Positions 38,191 through 48,300 of a stretch of DNA of 64,000 bases are shown one piece after another. How positions within the stretch are numbered: the first letter of the stretch is position 1; every line of letters starts with the position of its first letter. The notes under the pieces were generated by a model. The model did not search any database, had not been told where the DNA came from, and worked only from the letters and a program-made list of their open reading frames with translations. Source of the stretch: a virus; the IMG/VR virus record IMGVR_UViG_3300020446_000006, positions 14,039-78,038 of that record; one strand, written 5' to 3'. A program made the translations under genes and the position numbers.

Positions 38191-40210
38191 ACAGTTCTAT
38201 AAGTTCGCCGTTCGTTTGAACGTAGTTATTATAACGAGTTTCGATTTCATTTTCATATACAACAGTCCATTGTGCTGTTACAGTTGGCATCACTAAAATA
38301 ATTTGTACGTTTAATTCTCCATTCGGATTATAAGTATCGTAATCGAGTATCATCTTTTCGAAATTATAAAAATCTTTTATATGTGTTGCAAGATCAAATG
38401 TATGCTGTATCGGTATTATACCATTACGATCTCTAAGTTCGTATACAACACACTGTCCCTTTGACATTTTATAATTTAAACTATCAACTTCGAGTTCCTC
38501 TGTAGGTGTATAGAATCCTTCGACCACTTGTAAAGAATAACGATTACGATCGTTTAAATGTTCTTGAATTGAATACATAAATTCTGCATGCAGATAAAGA
38601 TTCTTTGCAATTTGTACTCGCTCTGTATCGTCTGTAATTGCATTTAATGTCTGTGGATCACCGTGTCCACCTAAGAATCTACCGACTTTAACTCCCTTTG
38701 CCAGAGCAGTTTTTGCATCAATTACACCGTCTCGTATAAATTGTGCTTCAGGATTATAAAGCTGAGAGGGCACAAGAGTAGTTACTTTTCTTAAATTATT
38801 TGTAGCTTCAATTTTTTCTGTAGGATCTGTGCCAGGAAATAATGTCTTAGGATCAACTTTACGTGCAGAACCTTCTGAGTTTTCGATTCTACCTACCTCA
38901 AATCCGCTTGGCTTTTGATCTATATAAGATGCAGATAAAAGACCTTCTGCTTGTGCACGACCAATAAATCTTGCATTACGTGCCGTTAATGGATCACGCA
39001 ACTTTGATCTGACTTCGCGTGTAGTTAGAGTTGCTTTTGATATTCCACCGTATTCTGTAGATTTATTGATCTCATCTCGAATTACATCACCTACATCAAT
39101 ATCTACAATGCGATATCCGTATCCTGTTTGTGTAAGATAATCGTTCAGCCATGATGCATCAGGCCCAGGTGCAGGGAAAGATGTTCGAATGCTTGTATCA
39201 GTATCAACGTGTGTATTGGATCCTGGGTTTCCAGCCACTCCTAATGGAGCTTGACCTGCAGAGGTAGCAAAATCTGCTTGATTGGCATCATCTGCCTTAC
39301 CAGTTAAATCTCCGCTAAATGTTGGTGCGGTAACACCGGCCGTAAATGTGGCCGATGTTCCGTAATAGTTTTTAGCATAATAAAACACATTATCACCGCC
39401 GATCATGCCGGTGGTAGACTGTACCACCATGTCATTCGCTGCTAAGTTTGCGTTCTTTGTCGACATCGAAAATTCAGATTCAGATGTAATGAGTGTATCT
39501 TCACCTGCAAACTGATTGATATTTTTTTCGACTCGAGTTGTATGGTCTCCTTTTACAATAAGATTATTATCAGTAAGGATAGTATCGGTATTTGTACCCA
39601 GTACGAAGCTTGACTTATTTTCAGTAACGCTTGTTTCATGGTTCTCTCCTACCTTTTGCTGGTAGTTACCACGTATATCTTCGCGCTTATCTCCATGCAC
39701 TTTAAGATTGTAGTTTCCACCAACCTCTACGTCCATATCACCGCTTACATTAAGTTTTAAATTTCCATGATAAAAGATTTCGCCATCACCTTGGACTATA
39801 ACTTTCTGATCTCCACCAGTAATCTCAATGCGATTATAACGAGTATTGATAATGACAGTACCGTCAGGTCTCATATCAATACCTGAACCGGTAGAGTGCT
39901 TAAATAATACACGCTCGCGACCAGGTGTATCATCGTACTCTGTAACGTGTCCAGCAATTGTTTCACGAACTTGATTCAAAGGATACTCACTAGGCGGTAG
40001 ATCTTTAATATTAAGATTAAGATCAGTAGTAGATCCACCGTATATCAGTTCATTCTGCTCTAGACCACGAGCAGCAAAGTTTGTAGAAGCTACATTAAGA
40101 TACTTTTCTCTTGGAAAGATACCGCCGCTTAGATCTTTGTAAGGCGATTCGACATACTTTACATCTTGCAGAGCATCTGCTACTTGTTCATCATTACGAT
40201 CATCAGCCAT
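38186..40210 (-). CDS. Baseplate central spike, gp5 C-terminal (beta-helix) part with extra C-terminal domain
   Basis: YPLNQVRET.AGHV.EYDDTPGRER....H.TGS...M.PDG, followed by V.G.Y...V.GD repeats. Confidence 0.82.
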   Translation of the reverse strand: MADDRNDEQVADALQDVKYVESPYKDLSGGIFPREKYLNVASTNFAARGLEQNELIYGGSTTDLNLNIKDLPPSEYPLNQVRETIAGHVTEYDDTPGRERVLFKHSTGSGIDMRPDGTVIINTRYNRIEITGGDQKVIVQGDGEIFYHGNLKLNVSGDMDVEVGGNYNLKVHGDKREDIRGNYQQKVGENHETSVTENKSSFVLGTNTDTILTDNNLIVKGDHTTRVEKNINQFAGEDTLITSESEFSMSTKNANLAANDMVVQSTTGMIGGDNVFYYAKNYYGTSATFTAGVTAPTFSGDLTGKADDANQADFATSAGQAPLGVAGNPGSNTHVDTDTSIRTSFPAPGPDASWLNDYLTQTGYGYRIVDIDVGDVIRDEINKSTEYGGISKATLTTREVRSKLRDPLTARNARFIGRAQAEGLLSASYIDQKPSGFEVGRIENSEGSARKVDPKTLFPGTDPTEKIEATNNLRKVTTLVPSQLYNPEAQFIRDGVIDAKTALAKGVKVGRFLGGHGDPQTLNAITDDTERVQIAKNLYLHAEFMYSIQEHLNDRNRYSLQVVEGFYTPTEELEVDSLNYKMSKGQCVVYELRDRNGIIPIQHTFDLATHIKDFYNFEKMILDYDTYNPNGELNVQIILVMPTVTAQWTVVYENEIETRYNNYVQTNGELIELL

Positions 40211-42221
40211 CTTTAAATATTCCTTTTACAGAGTCGAATACTTTATTATTCTTAAGATTGTCAAGTTTAAATTGTTGTGTTGATTTAAGCAGACCATCTG
40301 ATTGTGTTACGCTACGTGCAATGTTTCCAACAATACTTCCAGCGATATTGCCGATTGGTCCGCCAATTGCATTTGATATTAGGCTTTGCGATAAACCTGG
40401 TAAAGCTGAACTGAGTGAAGTTCCTGCAGCAAGCTTTGCAATTCCAATTTGTGTAGTCAGACCACTTCCTGTTGCCAAATCAAGAGCTGCGATTGAACTC
40501 TTCTTTGTCTTAAGTAGATCAAGTGCACGCTTTTGACTGTCTTGATATTGTTGCGGTGTAAGCTGAGGTGCTGCTTCTCTGTTTTTTAATCCTGCAATTC
40601 TACTAATACTCGGTCTTGCATTAATTGTATGAGGCTTTGGTGGTAGAACAACATTTTTAGGTTTTGCGTCAACAAGATCTTTTGCAGGTGGTACCACCGC
40701 CTTTTCATTTTCTTCTGTAACAGAAGGTTTATCGAAGGAAGATGCCATAAAGTCTCTTACATTAAAATATGGTACGTTTGAATATGTTACATGATCATGC
40801 ACATCTTTGAGACCTAAGATTTCTATGCCTGGAAAATCGATTGCTACAACTTTTAAAAGCTTTTGTACAATTTTAAGTTGTTGCTGAGATATTTTATTAC
40901 GCCCACTTCCAGATCCTTCAATAAAGATATGAAGTGAACCAGGGAATACATTATCTCCGACAGGTTCCTTTCCGAATTCTTTTGGTATTTCTTGATTAAA
41001 CGGCGTCATAATTTTAATGTTACCAAGTCTGTTTACAAACAAATGTGCAGGAAAGACAAATGTCTTTGGATCTGCTGTAACAGCCGCCTCTCCAAACTGT
41101 TTGACAAGTTTTTTACGAAATGCAATGTGTATATCTTCTGCTTCATATTTCGTATTCAATTCTTTAGCGTGATGTCGAATGATTACATTTGTAAACTCTC
41201 TTTCCATTGCCAAGATTTCTGCTTTTAAATCACTTCGACCATATGACATTGGTAATAAGTAAGTGCCACCTTCAGCAACACCTAATTTACTTTCTCGTTC
41301 AGCGAATCCTTCAAATGCTGGGTGATCTTTACCAAATTTACCGTAATTATAACCTCTTAATTTGGTCGCAATACCTTTGTAACCATTTGTTCTTTGACCT
41401 GGTTTAATTGTATCTGGCAAGCGCTTTACAAGTTGATTTTCAAGTTTTGATTTTGCTACAGATAAAGCAAGATTTGTAGTACCGTTACCGTTCATCAGGT
41501 TTGGAGTCGGTATTGTAGCACCTGTAAGATCTTTTACAAAGTCTGTTCCTGCTGATTTAATCGCTTTAAGTGGATCTGTAAACTTACCGACAGCAGAAGA
41601 GTTCTGTGAAGTTACTTGTGCCATAATATTTCCGAATGAGCTGCCTATAGAACCAAATGGATTAATTGAACCAAATGGCTTTCCGACTTCTACTGAAACC
41701 TGTATCGATTTCTTTGCAACTTCAGCACCTGCTTTAGCAGCAACACCGCCGCTTAATTCAGTCTTTACTGCATTTTTTGCCTGTGAAGGTATAGGAGATG
41801 ATTCAGCGATAGCAGCTTCAATTTGTCTATCATTTAATTTTACAATAGACTTAAACGCCTTTGTAATACCTTTCGGTGATGCTTGTACAATTGTTTCATT
41901 TAGTACAGCAGATTGTCCGCTTGTTCCACCAGTCACACTACTTAATTTTGCTGCCGCTGCAACTGTTTTCGTAACGTTGCCTTGTTTAATGTTTGCACCC
42001 ATAATTGCAATTGCAGGACCTTCATTCGCATTACCTTTTGTAGTGGCAGCAGTAAGTGAAGTGAATCCATCTTTTTCATTACCGACTGTAACATTAAGAG
42101 TTGAGCCTTCTGCGGCGATTCTCTCGGTAATTGAGATATCGACTTTTTCTTTTAGTTCTTTTACAGCAACCGAACTTTTTGCTAGTGCATTGTCAAGCGC
42201 CTGTTTTGGTATAAAACTCAT
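40203..42221 (-). CDS. Baseplate hub-associated protein with degenerate N-acetylmuramoyl-L-alanine amidase-like domain
   Basis: NVIIRHH...DIH...PAHLFVNRLGNI...SLHIFIEG...QQL...FPGIEILGLKD...VPYFNV aligns by eye with T7-lysozyme-type amidases; lies between the two gp5 parts. Confidence 0.5.
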   Translation of the reverse strand: MSFIPKQALDNALAKSSVAVKELKEKVDISITERIAAEGSTLNVTVGNEKDGFTSLTAATTKGNANEGPAIAIMGANIKQGNVTKTVAAAAKLSSVTGGTSGQSAVLNETIVQASPKGITKAFKSIVKLNDRQIEAAIAESSPIPSQAKNAVKTELSGGVAAKAGAEVAKKSIQVSVEVGKPFGSINPFGSIGSSFGNIMAQVTSQNSSAVGKFTDPLKAIKSAGTDFVKDLTGATIPTPNLMNGNGTTNLALSVAKSKLENQLVKRLPDTIKPGQRTNGYKGIATKLRGYNYGKFGKDHPAFEGFAERESKLGVAEGGTYLLPMSYGRSDLKAEILAMEREFTNVIIRHHAKELNTKYEAEDIHIAFRKKLVKQFGEAAVTADPKTFVFPAHLFVNRLGNIKIMTPFNQEIPKEFGKEPVGDNVFPGSLHIFIEGSGSGRNKISQQQLKIVQKLLKVVAIDFPGIEILGLKDVHDHVTYSNVPYFNVRDFMASSFDKPSVTEENEKAVVPPAKDLVDAKPKNVVLPPKPHTINARPSISRIAGLKNREAAPQLTPQQYQDSQKRALDLLKTKKSSIAALDLATGSGLTTQIGIAKLAAGTSLSSALPGLSQSLISNAIGGPIGNIAGSIVGNIARSVTQSDGLLKSTQQFKLDNLKNNKVFDSVKGIFKDG

Positions 42222-43087
42222 ACGAACACCTCAAAGTAATTGCGAGATTGTTTTTTTCTTTCATCTGTAGAACCTTTTGCAGGTCTGAGATATTTTTTTT
42301 CAAATACAAGTGAAGCGTCATCAACCGTCTGTGCTGCAATTAAGTCTGCAATACCTAAAAATTTATATTTGTACAACTCGTATTTCGTAAATTGTAATTG
42401 TGCATAAAGAGATTTGTAGTCAAGTCCATTCTTTGTAGAAAAATCAAGTAATTCTGCATATCGTGTTAATCCACCAGCAATGTTTGCTGCTCTTGGTGCA
42501 TCATTCCATTGTGCAAGTCCATATGCTCGAGCGCCATCAGCCTCTACTACACTTGCATCTGGATCGAAATCTTTATCGTTACGTAAGTTGACTCCATTCT
42601 CTACATGAAAGTTGCCTATAATCCCGCATGCCTGTTCTGCTGTAAATCCTCCACCTTCAGGAGATGTAAAGAAGTTGAACGCTTTTTCGATTCGAGTACC
42701 GCCGATCATAAATGTATTATCTGGATCTTTTGTTGCAATATCTCCTTCATTACGTATACGTCCATCTGAAGACTCAATTTTCGGTATTGAACCAATTACT
42801 AAGGGAAGTTGTGAGTTTTTGCCATCGATAAAAATACCAAACACCTGCGCTAATGGTTTAATTCCTGTATTTGCTCCAATACCAGAACTACCGCCTTCTG
42901 TAACTGGCGCCACAACATGTGCCCATGGCAAATCCTCATGTGGTATGTCTATAGTATCATTTGAATGTATACCAAAGATACGAACCTGTACACGTCCTAA
43001 TTCTTCTGGATCATTAAAAGATAAAACAGTACCAACAAACCATCTTGTTTCATCTCCATAATATTCTTTGTATGAATTTGGTATCAT
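42218..43087 (-). CDS. gp5 N-terminal OB-fold fused to a phage tail lysozyme domain
   Basis: WFVGTV...DPEELGRVQVRIFGIH...LPWA, VFGIFIDGKNSQLPLVIGS; then QACGIIGNFHVE, YGLAQW, QLQF, FEKKYLRP. Confidence 0.85.
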   Translation of the reverse strand: MIPNSYKEYYGDETRWFVGTVLSFNDPEELGRVQVRIFGIHSNDTIDIPHEDLPWAHVVAPVTEGGSSGIGANTGIKPLAQVFGIFIDGKNSQLPLVIGSIPKIESSDGRIRNEGDIATKDPDNTFMIGGTRIEKAFNFFTSPEGGGFTAEQACGIIGNFHVENGVNLRNDKDFDPDASVVEADGARAYGLAQWNDAPRAANIAGGLTRYAELLDFSTKNGLDYKSLYAQLQFTKYELYKYKFLGIADLIAAQTVDDASLVFEKKYLRPAKGSTDERKKQSRNYFEVFV

Positions 43088-43088
43088 A

Positions 43089-44426
43089 TTAACCTACCGG
43101 ATAACTATCATCATTGTAGTTTGCAATCTTACTAATTAACAAAATAGAAAAACATTTCTCAACAGAGAAGACATGCCGCGCAGAATGTATTATATAATCG
43201 CCTGACATCTTTCTATCTATCTTTACAGATGGACCATCATCTGCAGTGCCTTTAAATATCACTTTAATATTATTGCCAATCGAATAGTTTGATGAACCAT
43301 TTAGAAACTCTCGACCTTCAACAGTAATTTCCATTGGTGCTTTTGTCAATAAATGTTTCATCGCATTTGCCACAATACTTCTTTTCGCTTCACCTCTTGT
43401 ATTCTCTTCACCATACGACTTAGCGTCGTTAAAACTTCTAGTTGCAAAAACATTACTAATGTTACGTGACTCAAAGTCTGATAAAACCTTATCTTTATGT
43501 TTTAACTCAGTAGATACTAAAGGCCGTTTTTGTCTTCTATTAAATTCAATCTTATTGTAAATATCAAAGTGAATATCGAACTTTATTGTTTGACTTGATC
43601 CTGTCGTAACGTTATGAAAACTATGATTTGCACCGATATAACCTGCATGAATAAGACTCGATATATTTTCTACATTTGCAAGCTTATAGTCATGAATCTT
43701 AAATAAACGTGATCCTGTTTCAGATACTTCAACGCCTTGTGAATATGTGAATGCAGCATCTTTATTAATTACAGGCTGAGATAAAAGAGAACCAAGATCC
43801 ATTAGATAATATTTGTTTACTGCAAATGTAGAATATAAAAAGAAAGGATATCCTTCTACTGTTGTCGATCTATTCTTCAACCAAGCCATGGCTTCAATCG
43901 GAGAAAGATTTGGTATAATCACTCGCATAGAGTTTTCAACATTGTCTTCTGCGTTATCGATAATATCTTTATCCAAATATTCAGCAGCAATCTTTTGCAT
44001 GATTGTTTGAGGCTGACCGGTATAAGATCGATTTACATTTGTCAACACATCACTAAAACCAACATCCTCAATTAGATGTAGCATTAATGTTTGTACAGTT
44101 TCATTTACACGGCCGGCATCGATGACTTCGTCAACTATAAACGTTTTTGTAATAGATGGAATTTTTTGATTGTGAGATCTTGCAATATCAACAGTAAATG
44201 TTTCACCACCTTGAAAATCAAATCTTTCATAAACACGTTGTGCGTCGTTAACTACGAGTTTACCTGTAATATACGGTTTATCGATATGTTCATATACTTC
44301 GAAATCAGTAATTACATTTCGAATATCAAGAGGCTGAAACGCTCTACTTGAATTGAGCTCAGCTCTTATAAATTTCCAATCAGAAGAATGCTCAGCATTC
44401 AGCTGTGATATATTTACTTCAGACAT
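43089..44426 (-). CDS. Baseplate hub protein (gp27-like)
   Basis: VYEHIDKPYITGKL, IIPNLSP.EA..WL, FFLY, SGDYII...RH.F; lies between gp53 and gp5. Confidence 0.68.
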   Translation of the reverse strand: MSEVNISQLNAEHSSDWKFIRAELNSSRAFQPLDIRNVITDFEVYEHIDKPYITGKLVVNDAQRVYERFDFQGGETFTVDIARSHNQKIPSITKTFIVDEVIDAGRVNETVQTLMLHLIEDVGFSDVLTNVNRSYTGQPQTIMQKIAAEYLDKDIIDNAEDNVENSMRVIIPNLSPIEAMAWLKNRSTTVEGYPFFLYSTFAVNKYYLMDLGSLLSQPVINKDAAFTYSQGVEVSETGSRLFKIHDYKLANVENISSLIHAGYIGANHSFHNVTTGSSQTIKFDIHFDIYNKIEFNRRQKRPLVSTELKHKDKVLSDFESRNISNVFATRSFNDAKSYGEENTRGEAKRSIVANAMKHLLTKAPMEITVEGREFLNGSSNYSIGNNIKVIFKGTADDGPSVKIDRKMSGDYIIHSARHVFSVEKCFSILLISKIANYNDDSYPVG

Positions 44427-45178
44427 TAAACAGCTCTCATGGTCTGAAAGTACGAACCAACAACATCGTTAATTGCATCAGGTCGAATTACAGAAATACT
44501 TTTTAGTTTATCATTTTCTTCTATGTAATGATCGTATTGAGTTACTTCTGTAAGTAACGCACCTGGTCCTACAGCAGGATCGATATCGACTTGTTCATTA
44601 CTACTATTTTTATAATAGCGCGGCATATTATATTCAAAGCCTGTAGCGTTTACTGATATTGCTTGTGTAATACCCGAATATGTAGCTACTGAAGCCTGTT
44701 CACCTTGCTGAAATGGTTGAGGTGAATCAACAACAATTGTGCCAATATCGAGATTACGCTTAAGAATAATACCGTTACCGCTTGACTGTGCACCCACTGC
44801 TCTTTCACCGACCAAAAAGATTCCTGTTAAATCTGCTCTTGTTTCTATATATTGATGTGGAAAATCTCTTTTCACTTTATCATCAAGCTCATTTACAGAA
44901 AGTGGCCAACCGAATTGTCTAATATTATCATTCATCATAAAGAACGTCCAGTGATATGCAGGCGTACCATAAATCTTCTGTGACACAATATCCGGTCTAT
45001 CATTTTCAAGAATATAATACTTACTATAAAAAGAAGCATTTTGTCTTATGTTATCAATAATATCTACATAAGCACCGAGATCATGTGTAATCTCAAATAT
45101 AGTATCTCCACCACCACTCTTTTCAAATTCATCGCCGAATTTATAATCGACTCTCGGGAAATTTCGAAAGTATTCCAT
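44426..45178 (-). CDS. gp53: Baseplate wedge subunit gp53
   Basis: YFRNFPRVDY, Y.I...DRPD.VS.KIYG...YHW...MND...WPL, ENDK...I..IRP. Confidence 0.88.
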   Translation of the reverse strand: MEYFRNFPRVDYKFGDEFEKSGGGDTIFEITHDLGAYVDIIDNIRQNASFYSKYYILENDRPDIVSQKIYGTPAYHWTFFMMNDNIRQFGWPLSVNELDDKVKRDFPHQYIETRADLTGIFLVGERAVGAQSSGNGIILKRNLDIGTIVVDSPQPFQQGEQASVATYSGITQAISVNATGFEYNMPRYYKNSSNEQVDIDPAVGPGALLTEVTQYDHYIEENDKLKSISVIRPDAINDVVGSYFQTMRAV

Positions 45179-45179
45179 C

Positions 45180-46460
45180 TTAGTGTCCCTTCTCGATATC
45201 TTCTCTTGTAAGAGCTCTGAACTCTTGGAATATCAAAGTCATTTGAATATGTGTAGCATTTCCGTCTGCATGAAATGCCATACTACCAGGATTATAAACA
45301 GTCTGAACATCTTTTAAGTGACAAAGAATTGGTTGAGGTATCGGCATTTCTGCATCACCCCATCTGAATTTAATTTCAAAAAGATTTGGAAACTTATAAC
45401 CAATCGGTATCGATGCTTCTTCTCGACCGAATGTCGAAGGATATAATTCTGTTCTAAAATGTCTTATGATTCTTTTAATTTGCTCTGCCTCAACTGCAGA
45501 TGTTGCAACAAAGTCATATTGAAAAGTAAACATACGAATGTTAACACCGTTAAACACTGTACGCTGATTAGGATTTATTTTTACTTGTAGACCAATTTGA
45601 GCTGCAGCTTCAATTCCTTGTGGTAACATTGTAGCCGCTCGAGAAGCAGCAAGCTGTGCAGCCTGTGGTCTCGAAGTATTAAATAAATCTGTCAAAGGTG
45701 CAAATGTATTATCAAGAGCAGCCTTTGCCGCATCCATTAATCCGCCTGCATTATTCAAAGCAGATAACACACCAGCTCCTGCAGCTCCAAGCTCAGGTGT
45801 TTGATAATCAACCATGTCATTCATATTCAAAGCCATTGGCATATAAAGACTGATTTGATTTGCACCAGGTACATATGATGTACGAATGCCGAGAAGACCT
45901 TTATCGGCCTGTGCTTCCGCTTTTTCTCTTTCTTTCTTTCTCTCAGAAAAATTAGCTGCCTCGCCACCTGCTGCAGACATGGCGTCTTCGTCATCGGCTA
46001 ACCGAGCACGTGCTGCAGCTTCAGCGTCTGCAGTAGATTGTCCTTCATTTAATCCTTCACTTATATTTTGTGAAGAGAAACGATCTCCACCATCTGATAC
46101 ACGTGCATTTTTTCCTTCTTGTTCTTTATTTAGAATGTCATATGCATCCATCAAAAGATTTTTTTCAAAGACTTGTTTTGCTGCAACTGCATCTACATCC
46201 CATGGATTAATTTGTTTCATTCGAAATGTCATACTGGCAAAATAGCTGTTTTGACTTATAGGATAACGAAGTAATTCGCCTTGAGGCTCTGCAGCAACGA
46301 CGTCTGCTCCTTGAGGTTTAGCAATTTGCTTTGTATTTACATCTCCTTGTTGTGTTGCATTGGTTGTATTTGGAACAACCGGATCTCCTGCACCACCGAA
46401 TGGATCTAAATCAGCTTTTGCTTTAGCGGCTCTTGAACCCGCTGCTGTAGATAAGGCCAT
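45180..46460 (-). CDS. gp48: Baseplate tail-tube cap gp48
   Basis: ISLYMP, INPN...F.GV..R.F.F.Y.F...S..EA..I..II..FR, FPNLFEI.F, VYNP.S, L.FQE...LTR. Confidence 0.8.
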   Translation of the reverse strand: MALSTAAGSRAAKAKADLDPFGGAGDPVVPNTTNATQQGDVNTKQIAKPQGADVVAAEPQGELLRYPISQNSYFASMTFRMKQINPWDVDAVAAKQVFEKNLLMDAYDILNKEQEGKNARVSDGGDRFSSQNISEGLNEGQSTADAEAAARARLADDEDAMSAAGGEAANFSERKKEREKAEAQADKGLLGIRTSYVPGANQISLYMPMALNMNDMVDYQTPELGAAGAGVLSALNNAGGLMDAAKAALDNTFAPLTDLFNTSRPQAAQLAASRAATMLPQGIEAAAQIGLQVKINPNQRTVFNGVNIRMFTFQYDFVATSAVEAEQIKRIIRHFRTELYPSTFGREEASIPIGYKFPNLFEIKFRWGDAEMPIPQPILCHLKDVQTVYNPGSMAFHADGNATHIQMTLIFQEFRALTREDIEKGH

Positions 46461-46472
46461 ATTAAAATCCTC

Positions 46473-46480
46473 TATAAATA
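46473..46480 (+). promoter_or_regulatory. T4-type late promoter for gp4
   Basis: Exact TATAAATA. Confidence 0.8.
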
Positions 46481-46494
46481 AAAATTCGTAAAAC

Positions 46495-46502
46495 TATTTA
46501 TA
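46495..46502 (-). promoter_or_regulatory. T4-type late promoter for the gp48-gp53-hub operon
   Basis: Exact TATAAATA on the minus strand. Confidence 0.8.
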
Positions 46503-46509
46503 TGAAAAA

Positions 46510-46995
46510 ATGGCATATTCTGGAAGATATAAACCGAAGAATCTGAAGAAGTATAGAGGTGATCCTGATAAGATTGTATATCGATCTTCATGGGAAAAGG
46601 CCTGCTTTGTATGGTGTGATCAGAATCCAAATATAAAAGGATGGTCATCAGAAGAAGTTGTAATACCTTATCTTTGGGAAGTCGATAAGAAGATGCATCG
46701 ATACTTTGTAGATCTCAAAATTATGTTTAACGACGGTAAAACAATCTTAGTAGAAATTAAACCACAAAAAGAAACAGAATTACCGAAACGACCTGATAAA
46801 TCAAAGAGATATATCGGTGAAGCAATGACATACGTCAAGAACATGAATAAGTGGGAAGCAGCAAATGAATATGCAAAGGATCGAGGCTGGGAGTTTCAGA
46901 TATGGACAGAAGAAACTCTATATAGCATGAAGATACTGAAAAGATTGAAACCTCTGAAACCTCTGAAACCATACCGCAAAAAGAAGAAAAAGTGA
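46510..46995 (+). CDS. gp4: Head completion nuclease gp4
   Basis: YSGRYKPKN..KY.GD...I.YRSSWE, WSSEE..IPY, HRYFVD, VEIKP, KWEAA, TE. Confidence 0.93.
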   Translation: MAYSGRYKPKNLKKYRGDPDKIVYRSSWEKACFVWCDQNPNIKGWSSEEVVIPYLWEVDKKMHRYFVDLKIMFNDGKTILVEIKPQKETELPKRPDKSKRYIGEAMTYVKNMNKWEAANEYAKDRGWEFQIWTEETLYSMKILKRLKPLKPLKPYRKKKKK

Positions 46996-47003
46996 TATAA
47001 ATA
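46996..47003 (+). promoter_or_regulatory. T4-type late promoter for gp2-gp54-gp26
   Basis: Exact TATAAATA, 5 nt before the gp2 ATG. Confidence 0.82.
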
Positions 47004-47008
47004 CTGTT

Positions 47009-47599
47009 ATGAGTAATCTATTCACAAAAATTGGCTATGATGCTTTTCGTGCTGGTATTAATCCGCGCACACGTCAGTCGCGCGATTGGTTTCGTAAAAG
47101 AGTACAAAGTCTTCGTCGTATCAATCGAACAGAATTGTTACAATCAGATGAACTAAAACTTGTAAATAAATCGAATCCATTAATTGGTTCTATGAATATG
47201 TTTTTCTATGACCCAAAGCACAAAGAGACTTTGCCATACTACGATAGATTCCCGCTAATTATCATTGTGGGCCCTGCTAAGGGTGGATTTATGGGTTTAA
47301 ATCTACATTATTTGGCACCGATATTGCGCGCAAAGTTTCTTGATGAACTTCTGAATATTACAAATAATAAAAAATACGATGAGACTACACGCTTTCAAAT
47401 ATCATATAAAATGTTACAAGCGACAACGAAGATGAGATACTTTAAACCTTGTATCAAGCATTATCTTTTTTCTCAGGTAAAGTCGCGACTTGCAAGAGTT
47501 CATGCACCTGAATGGGAGATTGCTACATTTTTACCGACAGCAGATTTTGCAAAAGCTTCTGCTACTAGTGTATATCGAGAATCAAGGAAGGCGATTTAA
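47009..47599 (+). CDS. gp2: DNA end protector gp2
   Basis: FFYDPKHKETLPYYDRFPL, GF.GLNLHYL.P..R, PC.KHYL, EWEIA.FLP. Confidence 0.93.
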   Translation: MSNLFTKIGYDAFRAGINPRTRQSRDWFRKRVQSLRRINRTELLQSDELKLVNKSNPLIGSMNMFFYDPKHKETLPYYDRFPLIIIVGPAKGGFMGLNLHYLAPILRAKFLDELLNITNNKKYDETTRFQISYKMLQATTKMRYFKPCIKHYLFSQVKSRLARVHAPEWEIATFLPTADFAKASATSVYRESRKAI

Positions 47600-48291
47600 T
47601 GTCTATCAATGACCTTAAAAGTATGGCATCAGGCAAACTTGGCTTTGCAAGAACAAATCAGTTTGCTGTACAACTTCCATCTGAATTTGCAGGTGGTAAT
47701 CTTCTTTCTTCGATCACATCATTTGCTTTAACAGGACAAATGGGTGGTGGAGATCTAAATATTCTATGCACACAAGCGTCATTGCCAGGCAAACAAGTAC
47801 TAGTACAAGATCGTCGTATTGGTATGGAATATCAGAAGGTTGCAAATGGATATGCAGTTGATGATGTATCATTAACCTTTTATGTGTTAAACGATTATGG
47901 AATTAAAGATTACTTTGATAATTGGTATGGTTCAGTTGTAATTGACGACTTTAGTGTAGCGCCATATAAAAGCGAATATGCACGTGATATTAAGATATTA
48001 CAGTTAAGAAGACCGATTACGTCAAAGTCTTTTAATGTTGGACCTATAAATATTGGTGCAGATATTGGAGGTGGTACTGCATATGCATGTCAACTTATCG
48101 ATGCATTTCCAACCACAATACAAGCAATTGATTTAAGTAACGAATTAGATGGACTTGTACAACTTACTGTACAACTTTCTTACACAAACTGGAAACCTGC
48201 ATCTACAGGATTCCTTGGTGGTTTGATTGCACCAAACTTTGGAGTGAATTTGGGAAGTGGAATTGGATCTTCCCTTGGCCGATTATTATAA
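47599..48291 (+). CDS. Tail tube-like baseplate protein (gp54/gp19 family)
   Basis: GFARTNQF.V, LC..ASLPG, DVSLTF, YFD.W, L..AFPTTI....LS, LTV...YT.W. Confidence 0.78.
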   Translation: MSINDLKSMASGKLGFARTNQFAVQLPSEFAGGNLLSSITSFALTGQMGGGDLNILCTQASLPGKQVLVQDRRIGMEYQKVANGYAVDDVSLTFYVLNDYGIKDYFDNWYGSVVIDDFSVAPYKSEYARDIKILQLRRPITSKSFNVGPINIGADIGGGTAYACQLIDAFPTTIQAIDLSNELDGLVQLTVQLSYTNWKPASTGFLGGLIAPNFGVNLGSGIGSSLGRLL

Positions 48292-48300
48292 GGAGTTATA

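Noticed and set aside
46946-46972. Short tandem repeat (TGAAACCTC) at the gp4 3' end
   Set aside because: It only encodes the low-complexity LKPLKPLKP basic tail; there is no sign of a separate DNA function.
46510-46995. TnsA-like endonuclease as evidence of a Tn7 transposon
   Set aside because: Motifs and synteny (next to gp2 and gp48/gp53) identify it as the core T4 head completion protein gp4; no transposase or terminal repeats are seen.
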